Of a stretch of DNA of 64,000 nucleotides, positions 25,653 to 38,788 are shown piece after piece. Under the pieces are notes generated by a model. That model was given only the letters and a program-made list of their open reading frames with translations, searched no databases and was not told the DNA's origin. Within the stretch, counting starts at the first letter, position 1. Every line of letters begins with the position of its first letter. The translations under genes and the position numbers were made by a program. Source of the stretch: Paramecium tetraurelia (Eukaryota); contig CT868662.1 of assembly GCA_000165425.1 (NCBI GenBank), positions 124,001-188,000 of the forward strand, given 5' to 3'.

Positions 25653-27447
25653 TCATTATGAAATATTCATTAATTCATTTATTGTACTATCAATTGTTCT
25701 TATTTGGAGAAGAAAAGATGCTGCTTTGGAAACTATGTTGATTTTGGGATCCAATTCTTTTCCAATCCCTTCTAAAATCATCATATTGGTCAATAATGTA
25801 GCAAAATGACCCTCTACAGCAAGTCCATTGGATCTTAAAATTTCGAGCATGCCTTTGAAAATTGACCCTAAATCCATCTTAGATAAGGGGGCATTACAAA
25901 CCTCTCCAAATAGATCTTCAATGTCTTTTAAGAACTTTTATTTCTTCTCTTCTTTCAACTAGGTGTTATATGATGCCAAACTCAACATCAATTGACCACA
26001 CTCCTTTGGCTGTCTTAATGCAACAAACATTATTATTTTTATGAAATTTATTCTATCATTTTGATTTAATATCGTAACCATACCTGGGTCAATAAATATC
26101 AAATCTAAATTTTTTTAATTTTAGTTGGTCTATCTCAAAAAGTTCCAAAATTGCTATTCATCAAATATTTTTTCTTTCTCCAATATTGAAACCTAAGAGT
26201 GATATCGTATATTACCTTTAATGGTTTCTTTAATATGAACTTTTCAAAGAGTGGTACAATCAATTCAGCAGCATACTCAACTAAGTCATAAAATCCCTCT
26301 TCTAATAAATTTTTGAAATTATCAAATTTTGAAGTATTGTTATCTTTAATCCTAACTAAAATATTTCCAGAATGAAGATCAGCGTGTATAAAATTATCAT
26401 ATATTAACATTTTATAAAACGCTTTAAGTCCTAAGTTAGCTGCCACTCTATGCTCTCTTGTTCTTTCCAATTTCATAAAGTTAGACAAGGACACTCCTTC
26501 TTCAAAGGTTTCGACTATTACACTTTTCGAGACATATTCTTTGAGTATTTTTGGAAATATGACATTTTTTGAATCTTTAAATTTTTACTCAAAAATCTGA
26601 AGATTCTTTGCTTCAAATGAAAGATCTGCCTAATTCATTAATGTAACGCTAAACTCTTAAAATGTTACTGGCATAGCTAATCTCCTAAAAATTTGTTGAG
26701 TTGAACTTAAAATATTTGATATCACATATAAAATTTTTAGATCTAATTCTAGCTTCTCTACTATTCTCGGATGTCTAACCTTCACTGCATATTTTACACC
26801 ATTTTTATAAGCTAAATGAATCTAACCTATTGATCCTGATGCTATTGGATTTGTATCGAAACTGTCGAAAACATCTTCAATCTTCTACTTAAATTCTTCT
26901 TCAAACTATTTTTTAGTATAGTAGTAGTTGTGAGGCGTCGCTGAATCTCTTAGCTTACTTAGCTCTGAAGTCACTTCATAACCAAACACATCTCCCCTGT
27001 GACTTGCCCATTATCCCAATTTCATCCATAATGGCCCAGCCTTATATATTAAGAACTTACTAATTCTAATGATTTAATTAAAAGCCTTAGCCAATGCTTA
27101 TACAACCATGATTTGAAAAGTAAGGCGAAAGGAAAAAATACAACAAGAGGAGTAAAAGTTAGGATCAATTGCAGAAATCTTAATTACAATTTTCCATAAT
27201 AAATCATCCTACTCCAAAACCCATTAACACTATGAACATGTCCCCTTAAATATTCTTATTGATAATCCTTAAATAGATCAATTTCAATTACTTATTTTAA
27301 TTCTAAGTTTTCGTACAGAGAAGCATATTAAGCTTTCTTAAATCTTTGATAACCTGCACTATAAAGACCAATACAAGTCATCCCTCCTACAAATATTGTC
27401 GCTCTTCGACTTAAACCAACATTACTCAACTTGATCAATTTTAACAT
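25653..27447 (-). CDS. ABC1/UbiB atypical kinase (ADCK2-like, probably mitochondrial)
   Basis: Motifs AGPLWMKLGQWASHRGDVF, PIASGSIGQIH, AVKVRHP, FIHADLHSGNI, FIDPGMV and LEGIGKELDP. Confidence 0.92.
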
Positions 27448-27542
27448 GTATAATTTTAAATAATAATTTTAACTCAAAACACAAAATCGTTGTTAAATTT
27501 CCCACTGATAGTAGTTTTATTTTAGTCATTTCCAATTTCTTT

Positions 27543-28231
27543 ATGTAATAAATTCAAATCTTGATCATTCATACTGTAAAAGATATTCTCAATCTAATTT
27601 AAGGATATCTTTATTTTTATATTGTTTATATTAGATTAATTAAAAATAAATTCATAAGAAATCCTTGTTTCTTGTCAGTGATTCTAAAATTAAAAGCTAT
27701 ATCTCTCTAAATCAACAGAAAATATGAGTTTTCTAATAAATTACATGACATCAAAACTCTCTTAAAACCTTTTATAAATAATTAACTGTTATTAATAGTC
27801 AATTAAAAATTATTTTATCACATTATAACTAAGTCTCATAATCTATCATTCTAGAATCTAATCAGTGTCTAGCATAAAAAATTGACAAATATTCCGTTTT
27901 TCTTAGTATTTATCAAATTTTTCAACTTGATTTGAGTTTGGAAAGAAAACTTGATTATTATAAAACTTTGAAAACGTAATACTTATTAGATAGCATGTTT
28001 TAAGGTAGTTACAATTTATTTTTTTCTGAGATAAAATAATTTTATGACCGAAAAAAAGTGCGAACATACATATGGAATGGCTTAACTTAAGTTTATTCTA
28101 TAAATGCTAAAAATAATACATCTAAATTAATTTCTAATTAAAATCTGAAATAATGTATTAAAATTATATATGTTAATTATCTTAAATAAAGTGCAATGAT
28201 AGAAATTCTTTAACCTTTTATGATTTATTGA
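27543..28231 (+). CDS. Hypothetical protein; 5' part unresolved or frameshifted
   Basis: One frame is open from about 27748 to the TGA at 28229-28231 (..FYDRKKVRTYIWNGLTQVYSINAK..). The candidate ATGs at 27543 and 27724 are in other frames. Confidence 0.3.
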
Positions 28232-28254
28232 AATTATTATAAATTTAATTACAA

Positions 28255-29267
28255 ATGTTCAACTAACTTCTAGAATTCAGAAATACAAAACTTCTAGTTT
28301 AAGCTTTTACAAATAAAATTCACGAAATTGAATACTTTTAGAAGACTGGACAACAATATTAGTATGGAAACAACGAAGACTTTTCAATAGCTGGATAATA
28401 ATTACTAGAATTCTATTTTTATGACTACATGTTGCTCTAAGGGTACTTAAAATTAATAATATTAAAGGTTTCCAAATCAATAGAGTCAATTTAAAAAACC
28501 AAGTGACATAATTTAATTAAGGTAGAGGTTAATTAATGATAAATACCTTTCAGAGATAGCAATTCTACTAAGTATTTAAAATCTATTAAATATTGGAAAC
28601 TAGAAATCATTAAAGTACATTCTATTTTAATATTTAGAAATAATCCAAAAGTACTATCAGATTGTGTTAAATCCATAATAGGGGCACATTACTATGATAA
28701 ACAAAACGATCTAGAGGCTCTTAGAGATATTATTCACCCAATCGTAGTATAATTGTTGAATAAGTATCTATAAAATGTATACATAGAGGAGAACAAATAA
28801 CCAGAACACAATGGAAATATAATCCAAAATCTTCCTTCTTAGAGTACCTTAATTCTTATAAAGGAGAATTAAACATCAATCCTAAACTAACGATAGAATG
28901 GAAAAAAGATGATTCCATTTTAAATTAAAATAAATCTTTATATTTAATTTCTTTAGAATTAAATAGCACTATGAAAGTACAAAAGGTAGGCATAAACAAA
29001 AGAGAAACTGAACAAAGTGTATACCTGGAGGCTTTACTTTAACTTAGAAACTATCATACAAGGAATTACTAAAAATAGAAGAAACTAAATTACAAAACGG
29101 AAATTTAAGAAAATCAGGGTGAATCTGAGTTGTCAACTTCTCTTGATTCAACCCTAAATAATCAAGATTTATCATATTATAGTTTTACAGAGAAGACTCT
29201 AGATAAATTATAATTAAACTTTGATTAATAATTAAATCTCATGCTAGAGTAGTTGGCAAATGAATGA
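28255..29267 (+). CDS. RNase III-domain + dsRBD protein with degenerate catalytic site
   Basis: RNase III part: MFNQLLEFRNTKLLVQAFT..GNNEDFSIAGQQLLEF..LRQRLINDKYLSEIA..PKVLSDCVKSIIGAHYYD. dsRBD part: YNPKSSFLEYL..YLISLEL..VGINKRETEQSVYLEALLQL. Introns at 28443-28467, 28615-28637 and 28764-28786. Confidence 0.8.
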
Positions 29268-29365
29268 AGTTTCTTTTTAGATACTTTTGACTTTTTTTAA
29301 TTTATTTGTATTTCTTGTAATTAATATTTAAATATTTCATAATACAAATAAATAAAGTAACTAAT

Positions 29366-31656
29366 TCACATCTTTAATCGAGTGCTTATTAGAGATGAGG
29401 CTTAATAATTGGCTTACTATAGCTTGTAGGAAGTCGATTATTATTTTTATTATAGTATATAAAAAGGTATAACTTATTTTACACTACTTGATGGCCTAAA
29501 AGAATTAGTAGGCTTTGTTCTATTTTAAATTTGTTGGCAATCATCATTTGCTGCAGAAATGGGTAGTTTTCCAGAAACGATCTCTTTTATTACTTAAATT
29601 TTTTGTTTCTACTAGTCAATTTACTGTTTGAAATCGTGAAATTTCTAATTTTAATTAAATTTTTACATTTTTTTCAAATTATTCAAATACTTCAGAAGTC
29701 ACAAAATTAAATTTTCTAACCCTTTTTCCATCAATAATATCATATGCTTCATCTGGTTTTATAGGTTCATCAATGTCAACAATTTCTCCATCTTCATCCA
29801 CCATTTAAGTTGCTTTGCATTCTAATTGTCCTTTTTAAATTAATTCCAAAACCTTTAATCTTTTATTCATTTTTTTTAGTTTATTCAAGAAGAATTCCTT
29901 TCTAATCATATTATCAGACTTTCTAGTGGTTAATTATTCGAATGCCTTTTTAATATTTGTTTATTGATCTTAAACCAATTACTAATATTCAACTTCCAAA
30001 TTCTTAGCCTAAATCATAATTTTAATATCTTACATGTTAAGACTTGGATTCTTATAAATTTAAATTCTTGTAAAGTTGGAACTAAGCATAAGTTTCCATA
30101 GTTTAATAGAATTAATTATTTTTTTCGTATCTATCAGTAGCACTTCCACTCAATTTTTAAATTTCTAGCATATTTTCATCAGTGATTCCTATTTTGTCTA
30201 AATATTGTGTTAATTGTTATTCCAAGTTTAATCTTTCAGTCTCTTAATTAAATAATTTTAAATAACTCATATTTGATGCTACCTTCCCTTAACCTTTATT
30301 ATGAAAACTGCTAATTCTATAAGGTGATTGATTAGCCTTTATTATTGATTAACGGTTACTGAAATTGGTTTTAGTACTTTTTGTATATTTTGATTTTGCT
30401 TTTATTCTTTCTAATTATAATTGATATTTTGGCGAAACAGATGTGATTTATTTAATTTCATCTTTATTTTAAGTCTTTTATCTGAAATTTTACAAAATTT
30501 ATTATGCTTAATTTGCACTTTTTAACAGCCATGAAGCAGTAATAAATTATTCTTAAGCTGTGGTAGTCTACATTTGATTTTGATTCTCTTCAAATTCTAA
30601 ATCAATTTTAGGTTACTCATCTTAATTTAATTTTTAGCTAAGATTTTTAATTTATTAAGAGAGAAGTTCCTTGTCCATATTCATTTATGTTAATTCATAG
30701 AATCTCTAAAATCTGAAAATCCACTTTTGATTAAGTAATTCAAATAACCATCTTCTTTGTTCTTTCTTCCAAATTCTTTTATCAAACTCCTATAAACTAA
30801 TTCTATACAGTAAGGTATTATCTTATGAACATTTAGCAGAAAATTATCGTTTATTGAGTAAAAATAGGCCATCTTCTCCAAAGAACTCCCCCTGTAAAAG
30901 TTTTGTTAAGCAAAATTACTTTCTTTATGTATTTTACTTATATATCTCCATTTCTCCTCTACCTATAAAGTAGCAGAATTCTATTGATTCATCATTTTCT
31001 TGATAAATATATGAATTTTTTTAGACTATCGATTACTCCATATGATAACTAAAGTATTTAATTTCTACATCTGAAAATATAGAAAAAAAAGAAAGGGACT
31101 TTAGAAACTTTTATTTCTCATAAGTGTCATTAGATCTCTGATTTGAATTGATTTCGTTAAATATTTTAAAATCCAAGCAAGCAAATTCTGTTGGTCTTAT
31201 AACTCTCACATGACATTTCCGATTCTCAGACAACCCATAATCATTAAATGACATTCCAAATGTTAACTCTTGTGAAATTGATTTCGAACCATTATGTTGA
31301 TCCCCATCTTCATTGTCATCGTAATAAGTAACTACAACTCTACCGCTAAGTACTAAAAATACGGTTTTATGTGTATTTATTATTGTGTTTTAAGAAACTT
31401 ATTTGTAATATATGTATCTGCATATTTCCCTAACAAATTAATCACTGTATTTTGACTTTAATCTTTATATATAATTGTAAACATAGATGAATTCGTATAG
31501 AGATTGAATATCTTAATCATTTCTTGAGAATGGATCTTTTATTAACGAATCTTTGATTTAGCTGATATCATGTTAATAGGTTGTTTTATGCAGGAATTTG
31601 GCTATTGACATTATGTTGAGGGCATCTGAAAAAGCTGATGATGTACGCTTTTTCAT
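29366..31656 (-). CDS. Protein with two divergent cyclic-nucleotide-binding-like domains and a low-complexity/coiled C-terminus
   Basis: DPFSRNDQDI..VFLVLSGRVVV..ELTFGMSF..VRVIRPTEFACLDF, a second unit ..SAKCSQDNTLLYRISLQEF, and a continuous frame to the TGA at 29366. Confidence 0.65.
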
Positions 31657-31697
31657 AAAATTATATATTTATATTTATCATTTTTTTAATAAATAAC

Positions 31698-32324
31698 ATG
31701 TTTAAAGGTTCTTCAATCAAAATTTTACTAATTGGACCACAATAATCAGGAAAATCAAGACTTGCAAATTATATAGCCGATAGAGAAGATATTTCATAAA
31801 ATGGATATAGACCTACAGCAGGAGTTAGAATTTTGGAATTTGAAAAAGAGGCACCTAAGAATCCTAAAAGACCTGGCTCAGAAAAAGTAATTGTCGAGCT
31901 TTGGGATATGAGTGGAGATAATAAGTTTATATTTTTAATTAAATCAGATATGACTCCTGTTGGCCTGCAGTAATGAAGGATGCTCAAGGAGTTATATGTG
32001 TATACAATGCAGAGAATCCTAAGCACGAATAAGAATTAGAATGGTGGGTGAATCAAATATCAAAGAAAGCTGGTATTCCTGCTGCTCAAAACGTTGTATT
32101 TGCACATCATTTGACAGGAAAGGCTATAAAGGGATAATCAAAATTGCGTATTATTTGAATTTCTAAATATTTCAGCAAAATCATTAAGTAGTTTAACAGT
32201 CCATGATACTTCCATTGAAGAGGGGAATCAGACAATCCACCCAGCTTTTGAAAAGTTTTTCAATTCTTTGATGTTGAGTATTTATGAAAAATAGGAGAAA
32301 GAAGAAAATAGATTAATGAATTGA
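31698..32324 (+). CDS. IFT22: Intraflagellar transport protein 22 (RABL5)
   Basis: Motifs KILLIGPQQSGKSRLANY, YRPTAGVRILEFE and VELWDMSGDNKYDSCWPA, with two tiny introns. Confidence 0.93.
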
Positions 32325-33136
32325 TATATATTTTAAAATTCATAAAAATATACATTATAATATCCTCAATCAAATATTTAGGTTTGTAAATATACTTGAA
32401 TCACAAGGCACAACTTAAATAAGTGATTAGTTCTAAATTTTTAAAATACTAAGCATAATAAATTTGTTTTAGAAAGATTTTATAATATGTATAAATATAT
32501 CAGAGTATTGCTTTTAAATTCTCTTATAAAGGTTCATTAAAAGAGAATTTTATCGATTAATATTGATACTATAATGTATGCCATTAATTTGGAGAATCTT
32601 AGTAGTCACTTATTTCATTACTAATAATAAAATAAAGTATATAAAGAGAATTTAAAATATTGCTCTAATGTATCCATATATACTATCAAAAAAATTTGGA
32701 GAGAGAATTTTACATAATAACTACTTATAATAATATTTCTTTGAAAAATATAATTCACAAAATATTTAATTAATTATTTTTTTATAGATAATATTTGTTA
32801 CTGGTTATTAAAAACTATGTACAGTTCTTTTATTATAGTTTTACTAGAACAATCTAAATCCGAAAATATATTGTCTATTTAATTATTTTAATGTATTAAC
32901 CATTAGTGAATTTTAAATAATTCATAAAGATTTCATCATCTGATGTTATTTTTTATGTATCTTCTTCTAATGAATAAAAGAAAAAACAAACTATGGAAAT
33001 TACAATAAATATTCATTCGTAAACATCATCCCCCTTAATCACCCCTTTAGTTAGTATAATCTCAAATACTCATTTATTTGATAACAGTTGTTTTTCAAAA
33101 ATAATAATAAAAATTAAGAAAAATAATTCTATTTTG

Positions 33137-35096
33137 ATGTCACTTATGTTCTAAGTATGTTTTAAGGTTAAAAATACTCCAGTTGTGCCCGGAAAATAGG
33201 TGTACATATTGATTAATAGAAGCAAAAATATTAAATATTACCAGATGGAAAAAAATAATGAGTTTTACTAGATTAAACTAGATTTAATCCAAAAAGCAAA
33301 TTATCAATATAAATATTTAGTGGTGGATAATAATGAATAAAGAAAGGAAGAACGAGGATATAGAAATTTTTTTTATGGAAAATAGGATTTATAAATGATG
33401 GATTCCTGGAATAAAAAAGAAGTAATTATGAGAATTTATAAACCATAATAATCAATTATTAACGGGCTTAAAATTAAAGCCCACTAAAAATTTAATTAAA
33501 AAACCCTTATTAAACAGTCAGAAATAGAACTTCGGTAAATTAAGCATAATAAAACGATTTACTATGAAGCAATCCTCTTTGCTGAATGTGCATTGAATAT
33601 TTTAGAATTTGAATTTTTTTTTAATGCTGTCAATTAAGCTCCATGCAGATTAGATTAATAATATACGAACAGCATAATGTATTATTATTCAATCCTTAAA
33701 ACAGTTGGGAATTAATCATATGTTGATATTTAACAGGAGGATCTTGAGAGATTGAGTTGTAAACCAATTGTTAACTAATCAAGTCAATAAATTTTCGATA
33801 ATTTTTAGAATTTATCTGAGAATTATACATTCTCTAAAGAGTTATAATATGATAAAATTTAAAACTTAATGCAAATATTTGAGACCAGTATACAAAATTA
33901 TTCGAATAAACTTTAAGCAAAAGATAAATAAATAAAAGAATTATAATTAGAAAAATTATTCCAAGATGAAATTATTTTTTTTAATTATCAAGATGCATTT
34001 TAACCAGATGGTATTGGTGAAATTTAAAATGAATTTAATATGAATGTAAAAGAACGCGAAAAACAAAACAATTCNNNNNNNNNNNNNNNNNNNNNNNNNN
34101 NNNNNNNNNNNNNNNNNNNNNNNNNNNNNNNNNNNNNNNNNNNNNNNNNNNNNNNNNNNNNNNNNNNNNNNNNNNNNNNNNNNNNNNNNNNNNNNNNNNN
34201 NNNNNNNNNNNNNNNNNNNNNNNNATAGTTTGGAAAGATTGGAAATAAAGATTTAGTGAATTGAAAAGGGGAAGAAAAAAGTAAAGAGCAACAGAGGGAG
34301 GTACGGGCAAATAAGTAAAGAGAGTAAGAGCATACCGTATGAGAAAGAATATATAGAAGATGGAATAAAAGAGTTTTCTATAATAAAGTGGAAGTTCTTG
34401 GTATGGAAATCTAAGAGTTTAAGGAGATTAAATAAAACCGTTAGCAGTGGTAATTAGAAAACCTCTAAAGAAAAAGAATATCTAATGAAATTAAAATCTG
34501 AATAGGATGAATAATTATATACGATCAAAAAGGACAATCGTAAATTAACCGAAAACTAGGAGGAATCTTAAAAAGAGTTGGAAGAAGCATAATAAATTAT
34601 ATAAAAATAAAATGATTCTTTAGAAATAATAATATAAATATAGAAGGAAGTTATAATGAAATTAGTTAATCTTTGCAAAAACATTCTAAAAGAGTTAACA
34701 TAAATAAATGATCAGAATGAACAAAAATATAATATAGATCTTACAAATTTAAAAAATAATGTAACTTTCATAGATTTGGGTTTGCAAGATTTTCTTGAAT
34801 AAAAAACGACATTATAATAAGTTGAGACAAATTTTTAATAATAAGTGCAGCCATAATTAAAATATCTCTGTAGTAGTGTCAGAATAAAATATGGAGAATA
34901 GATGTTAATAAGCCGTTCTTAAATTTACATAATAGAAATCTTTAAGGTTTTGAAAAAACTTGAGTCAATTAAAGAAATAATGCCAAGACCAAAACTAATA
35001 CTCTCCCGATAAACAACCGAATTTTCTCTTAAGTAAATTAGATCCCCTTATTATTTTAAATTAGGGTTAAAAGAAAGCTTATTTATTAATGATTGA
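33137..35096 (+). CDS. Protein with an N-terminal CBM20-like (starch-binding) module and coiled-coil C-terminus, interrupted by an assembly gap
   Basis: FKVKNTPVVPGKQVYILI..YQME..YQYKYLVV..EERGYR..MDSWN. Continuity across the N gap is assumed, and the sequence just after the gap has frame problems. Confidence 0.45.
34075..34224. other. Assembly gap (150 N)
   Basis: Run of N. Confidence 1.
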
Positions 35097-35282
35097 ATTG
35101 ATATTTATATTTATAATAAACATATTATAATTTAACTTTATATGTATTTTTCAACCATGCTATCCTATTCTTAATAAATTTAAAATTCAAATTATCTAAA
35201 AGGATAATAGGCAATTGTTAGTATTAGTTTACTAAAATACATGTATTAATTATAAATTTATAATATATTAAAAACTATTATG

Positions 35283-35295
35283 AAAAAAGAAAAAA
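35283..35295 (-). terminator. Pol III oligo-T terminator of tRNA-Asn
   Basis: T5 and T6 runs on the minus strand immediately 3' of the tRNA. Confidence 0.7.
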
Positions 35296-35296
35296 G

Positions 35297-35369
35297 CGCT
35301 AATGGAAGGGTTTGAACCTTCGACCTGTTGGTTAACAGCCAACCGCTCTGCCGACTGAGCTACATCAGC
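35297..35369 (-). tRNA. trnN-GTT: tRNA-Asn (anticodon GTT)
   Basis: The minus strand reads GCTGATGTAGCTCAGTCGGCAGAGCGGTTGGCTGTTAACCAACAGGTCGAAGGTTCAAACCCTTCCATTAGCG. It has the acceptor stem GCTGATG/CATTAGC, anticodon loop CTGTTAA and T-loop TTCAAAC. Confidence 0.96.
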
Positions 35370-36014
35370 GTGTTCGATATAGATGTCTATAATTAATAAT
35401 TAAACAGCAGATCATTTGATCTTAGTTAATATAATTGCATTACATAATCAATTGAATTATTCTTATTTACTAAATAATAAAATTCTTTATTGTGAATTTC
35501 AAAACTAAAATTTCTGATTTTTATAAAATAAGAATGAAATTAAAGTGATTTCTAATTAAAAATAATTTTAGTAAATTAATTCATAACTTATCGAATTTCT
35601 TAATCCAAGTATTTAAAAATTATTTATTCATCTATGAAGAGATTATTGATAGATAAAATATTGATTCATTTAATAAGAGATTATTGATGGATGATATGAT
35701 ATCAACTAGATATTATACTCTCAAATAATAATATAATATAAATTAAATAACATAAATTAGCTCAACAAAAAGGTTGATTTTGAGTCTTGTATTTTTAGAG
35801 CAATAATTAGTTTAATTTAATAAATATCTATCGTCTGTAATAAAATAACAAAGTAAATTATTGATTGTTCAAGCAGCATAATTCTAATTTGAGAATTTTA
35901 TAAATCTTAACAAAATCCTTGATTGGACGCAGGTTACCAGTCAATTGTGATACATTTGTTGATAAATATTATTTTGATATCATTTGTTATTAATTACAAT
36001 TAATTTTTATAATA

Positions 36015-38136
36015 ATGAACCTCAAAATGCCTTCGATACAAAATATTCATACTGACGCTAATTCCAATGTCTCTCAAATTCAAAATGACTCTATAAAACG
36101 ATAAGACTTCTCACCTACATAAATATCTCCTTCATATTTATTTTCTAATAACTCATTTTAACCTACTCTTAAAATAATAGCTACTCAAAAAGCTTCTATA
36201 TTTGGACAAAGAAAAGAAACATTTTTAAATTCTAGCTATCGTGAAATCTCACAATGCGATATATATGGAAATCTTTAGAAATATAAAATTTAAAAGTAAG
36301 AAGACAGCCTAGCTCGACTTCGTGGTAGAAAAAGATCAATAAAGTAGCATTCCCCTTACACTCTTAATTAATAATCTCCAACCTCGATTAAAAATATTGA
36401 GAGCCAAAAGAAAGCCCTTGAGAATGTAATAGATGATTTAAAGCTCAATAAGATCAAATTAAAAAAACTTGAAAAATCTCCTTAAGCCAAAAACTTTCCA
36501 GTGCACAACTTTTACTACCTTAAAAATATGAAATATATCTATCCTTTTTAAGTTGAAAAATCTGTTACAGACTTGATGAAGCCATTCCATTAATAAAGAG
36601 ATAATTTGCTTTCTCCAATTTAAACGGAGAGATCTTTAATTTATCCCTAAAGACCATAAATTTAAAGACCACAAGAGTTTTTGGATAAATTGAAAAATAG
36701 ATTATTGAAAAGAAAAAAAACAATGTACTTGCCTCAAGCATAGATCCAGGAAGACCCAATTCAGAGAAAGCTGAAACACTTTTAAAAAAGCATCTTTGAA
36801 AATCAATGTTTGCATACGATATACATTCGTCCATCAGCAATTAGAATATAAAAATATAGAATTTAGGATAGTAAAAATGAAAGCATTTTGAAAAGATGCT
36901 TGAGCTATAGATGGTGGTGGTAGGAAGCAGATGAGGCTGATGAGGAAGTGTAGTTATTATGGAGTTGTTAAGCTTCTAGTTCTTTTTTGAGTAAATAAAG
37001 AACTAGACATATAAGTGATAAAATCGAGTTTCAACCTTTTGAATAGATTTTAAAGATATGTGATAGTGTGGAAGATCAAATGAAATTCGCAATTGAACAA
37101 AAACTTTGTTTATTATCTCCTTATATAAAAATACATAATCATATAGATGTGATTGATCCATTTTGGACAAAGAAGAACTTGATTAGTAGGTTTTAAAAAT
37201 ATTGCACTTTAACAAATCAAAATGATAACGATTTCTTTCCTTTTTCAATAATTGTAAATAATTTAGGAGAAGAATCCTTCTATGATTTTATTAGAAACTA
37301 TAAAACTTCAACTGAGATTTGGATCGTTTTGAAATGCCAGAATGAGGGAGAGAGAATTTAGTTATGTGAAAATACTAAGAGTGTATATAACTTTATTCAC
37401 AAAGAGTACTCGATGCCAAGTAGAAAATAATAAAGTTTTATTGTCTAATAATACATAAGATCGTTTGTATATCAATAAATAAAATTAGATTTATGCTTCT
37501 ATTTACTGATAGCCCAAATAAATGGGATAGTGAGAGCATATTTATTTGAGTAATTTTATGGGGAATAATCCTAATTAAATTTCTCCCCATTAGAGAAGGA
37601 TATGTTGTTTAAATCAAATGAGTAATTCAATGATAACTATAATTCGGATAAGATTCAGATGAAAACCATTTTAGAATATTTTGATGATTGTAGAGTGGAT
37701 TATGATTATAAAATCCTTCCTGAAATAAAAATGATTATATGTGAATATATTAGATCAGTGTTTACTCAAATGCCAGTCAAAGATCACAATTTTGAAGTAT
37801 TCATTAAATAAGACTTAGTTACTTTAAGTTAAAATATTAATTGATAATCAATATAAACCATGGTTGATTGACATCAAACCTACAACAGAATTTGATTTAA
37901 GTACAGATTTCATGAAAGAATATGCTTAGTAACTGATTGATAATGCACTATAACTTTCTGTTGATGTTTTATTTCCGTCCCCATCCATTTGGCCCAAAGA
38001 CAAAAGAAGATTAATTGATATATATTCTGAACAAAATGATTTTGCTGTTGTTTTTGATTCAAGAATGGATGGCTAAGGTTTAAAATCATTGTTCGAAGAA
38101 AAATAACCTGAAAGTATTAAGGATGATGAATTTTGA
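36015..38136 (+). CDS. Tubulin-tyrosine-ligase-like (TTLL) family protein with degenerate motifs
   Basis: Motifs LKRCLSYRWWWQE, KKNLI..FFPFS, IWIVLK..G, FIVQQYI..KLDLCFYLLI and NFE|LLQVKILIDNQYKPWLIDIKP, preceded by a long low-complexity N-terminus. Confidence 0.75.
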
Positions 38137-38182
38137 GTCAAAATTTTCTTATATTGAGATATGCAAACTAAAAGTAATCTAA

Positions 38183-38728
38183 TCATTTTCCAAACATCAT
38201 TAATTATCTTACATTATTGTTGGTCAAACAAAACCTTACACTCTTTCCTGAATGCACACTTATACTTCTTTTTTGACTTGTCTATAATTCATTTTTTGAA
38301 CTTTGGTTTTTTAAAATTCCCTTCTTAAAAAAACTACTTCTACTTTCTCTTCTTGTAGTTTTTTGAGTGCCTTGTGTTTCTACTTAATTTAGTTTAGTTT
38401 GAGAACAATTTTTAACTTTGATTTTTTTTTCACCAACAGATCTTAATTAGGAGTCAATCTTGAAATCTAATGGAAAGTGATCTATAGTTCTTGATCTCAA
38501 GTTCCTCTATTCATCTAACACTAATGATTTTTTGTCAGTTACACTCATTCCCTATATTGTTTGAGTATGAATTGAACATATTTCTAGCTTTTAATTAAAT
38601 ACTTTATCTAAATAATTCTTCGTTTTTATTAAAATTTCATAATTTGTCATCATGGATTTATGAGGAGGTGTTTCTAACTAATTTAAATCTTATTCAAAAG
38701 TGTTTACTAACCTATGTGATTTTTTCAT
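38183..38728 (-). CDS. Small basic hypothetical protein with GILK and KSVRF motifs
   Basis: Intronless 181-aa table-6 ORF MKKSHRLVNTFE..KKGILKNQ..GKSVRFCLT..*. Confidence 0.65.
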
Positions 38729-38788
38729 AATTTTTTATATAAATTTTAACAAATAATAAATCAATATTATCATATCAAAAATAGTAAG

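Noticed and set aside
32325..33136. Short broken ORFs in a long AT-rich interval (similar at 39540-39900)
   Set aside because: No recognisable product and no clear snoRNA boxes or structure, so no call is supported.
35637..35688. 14-bp direct repeat AAGAGATTATTGAT (two copies) upstream of the tRNA
   Set aside because: Only two short copies in very AT-rich DNA, with no array, terminal repeats or transposase.
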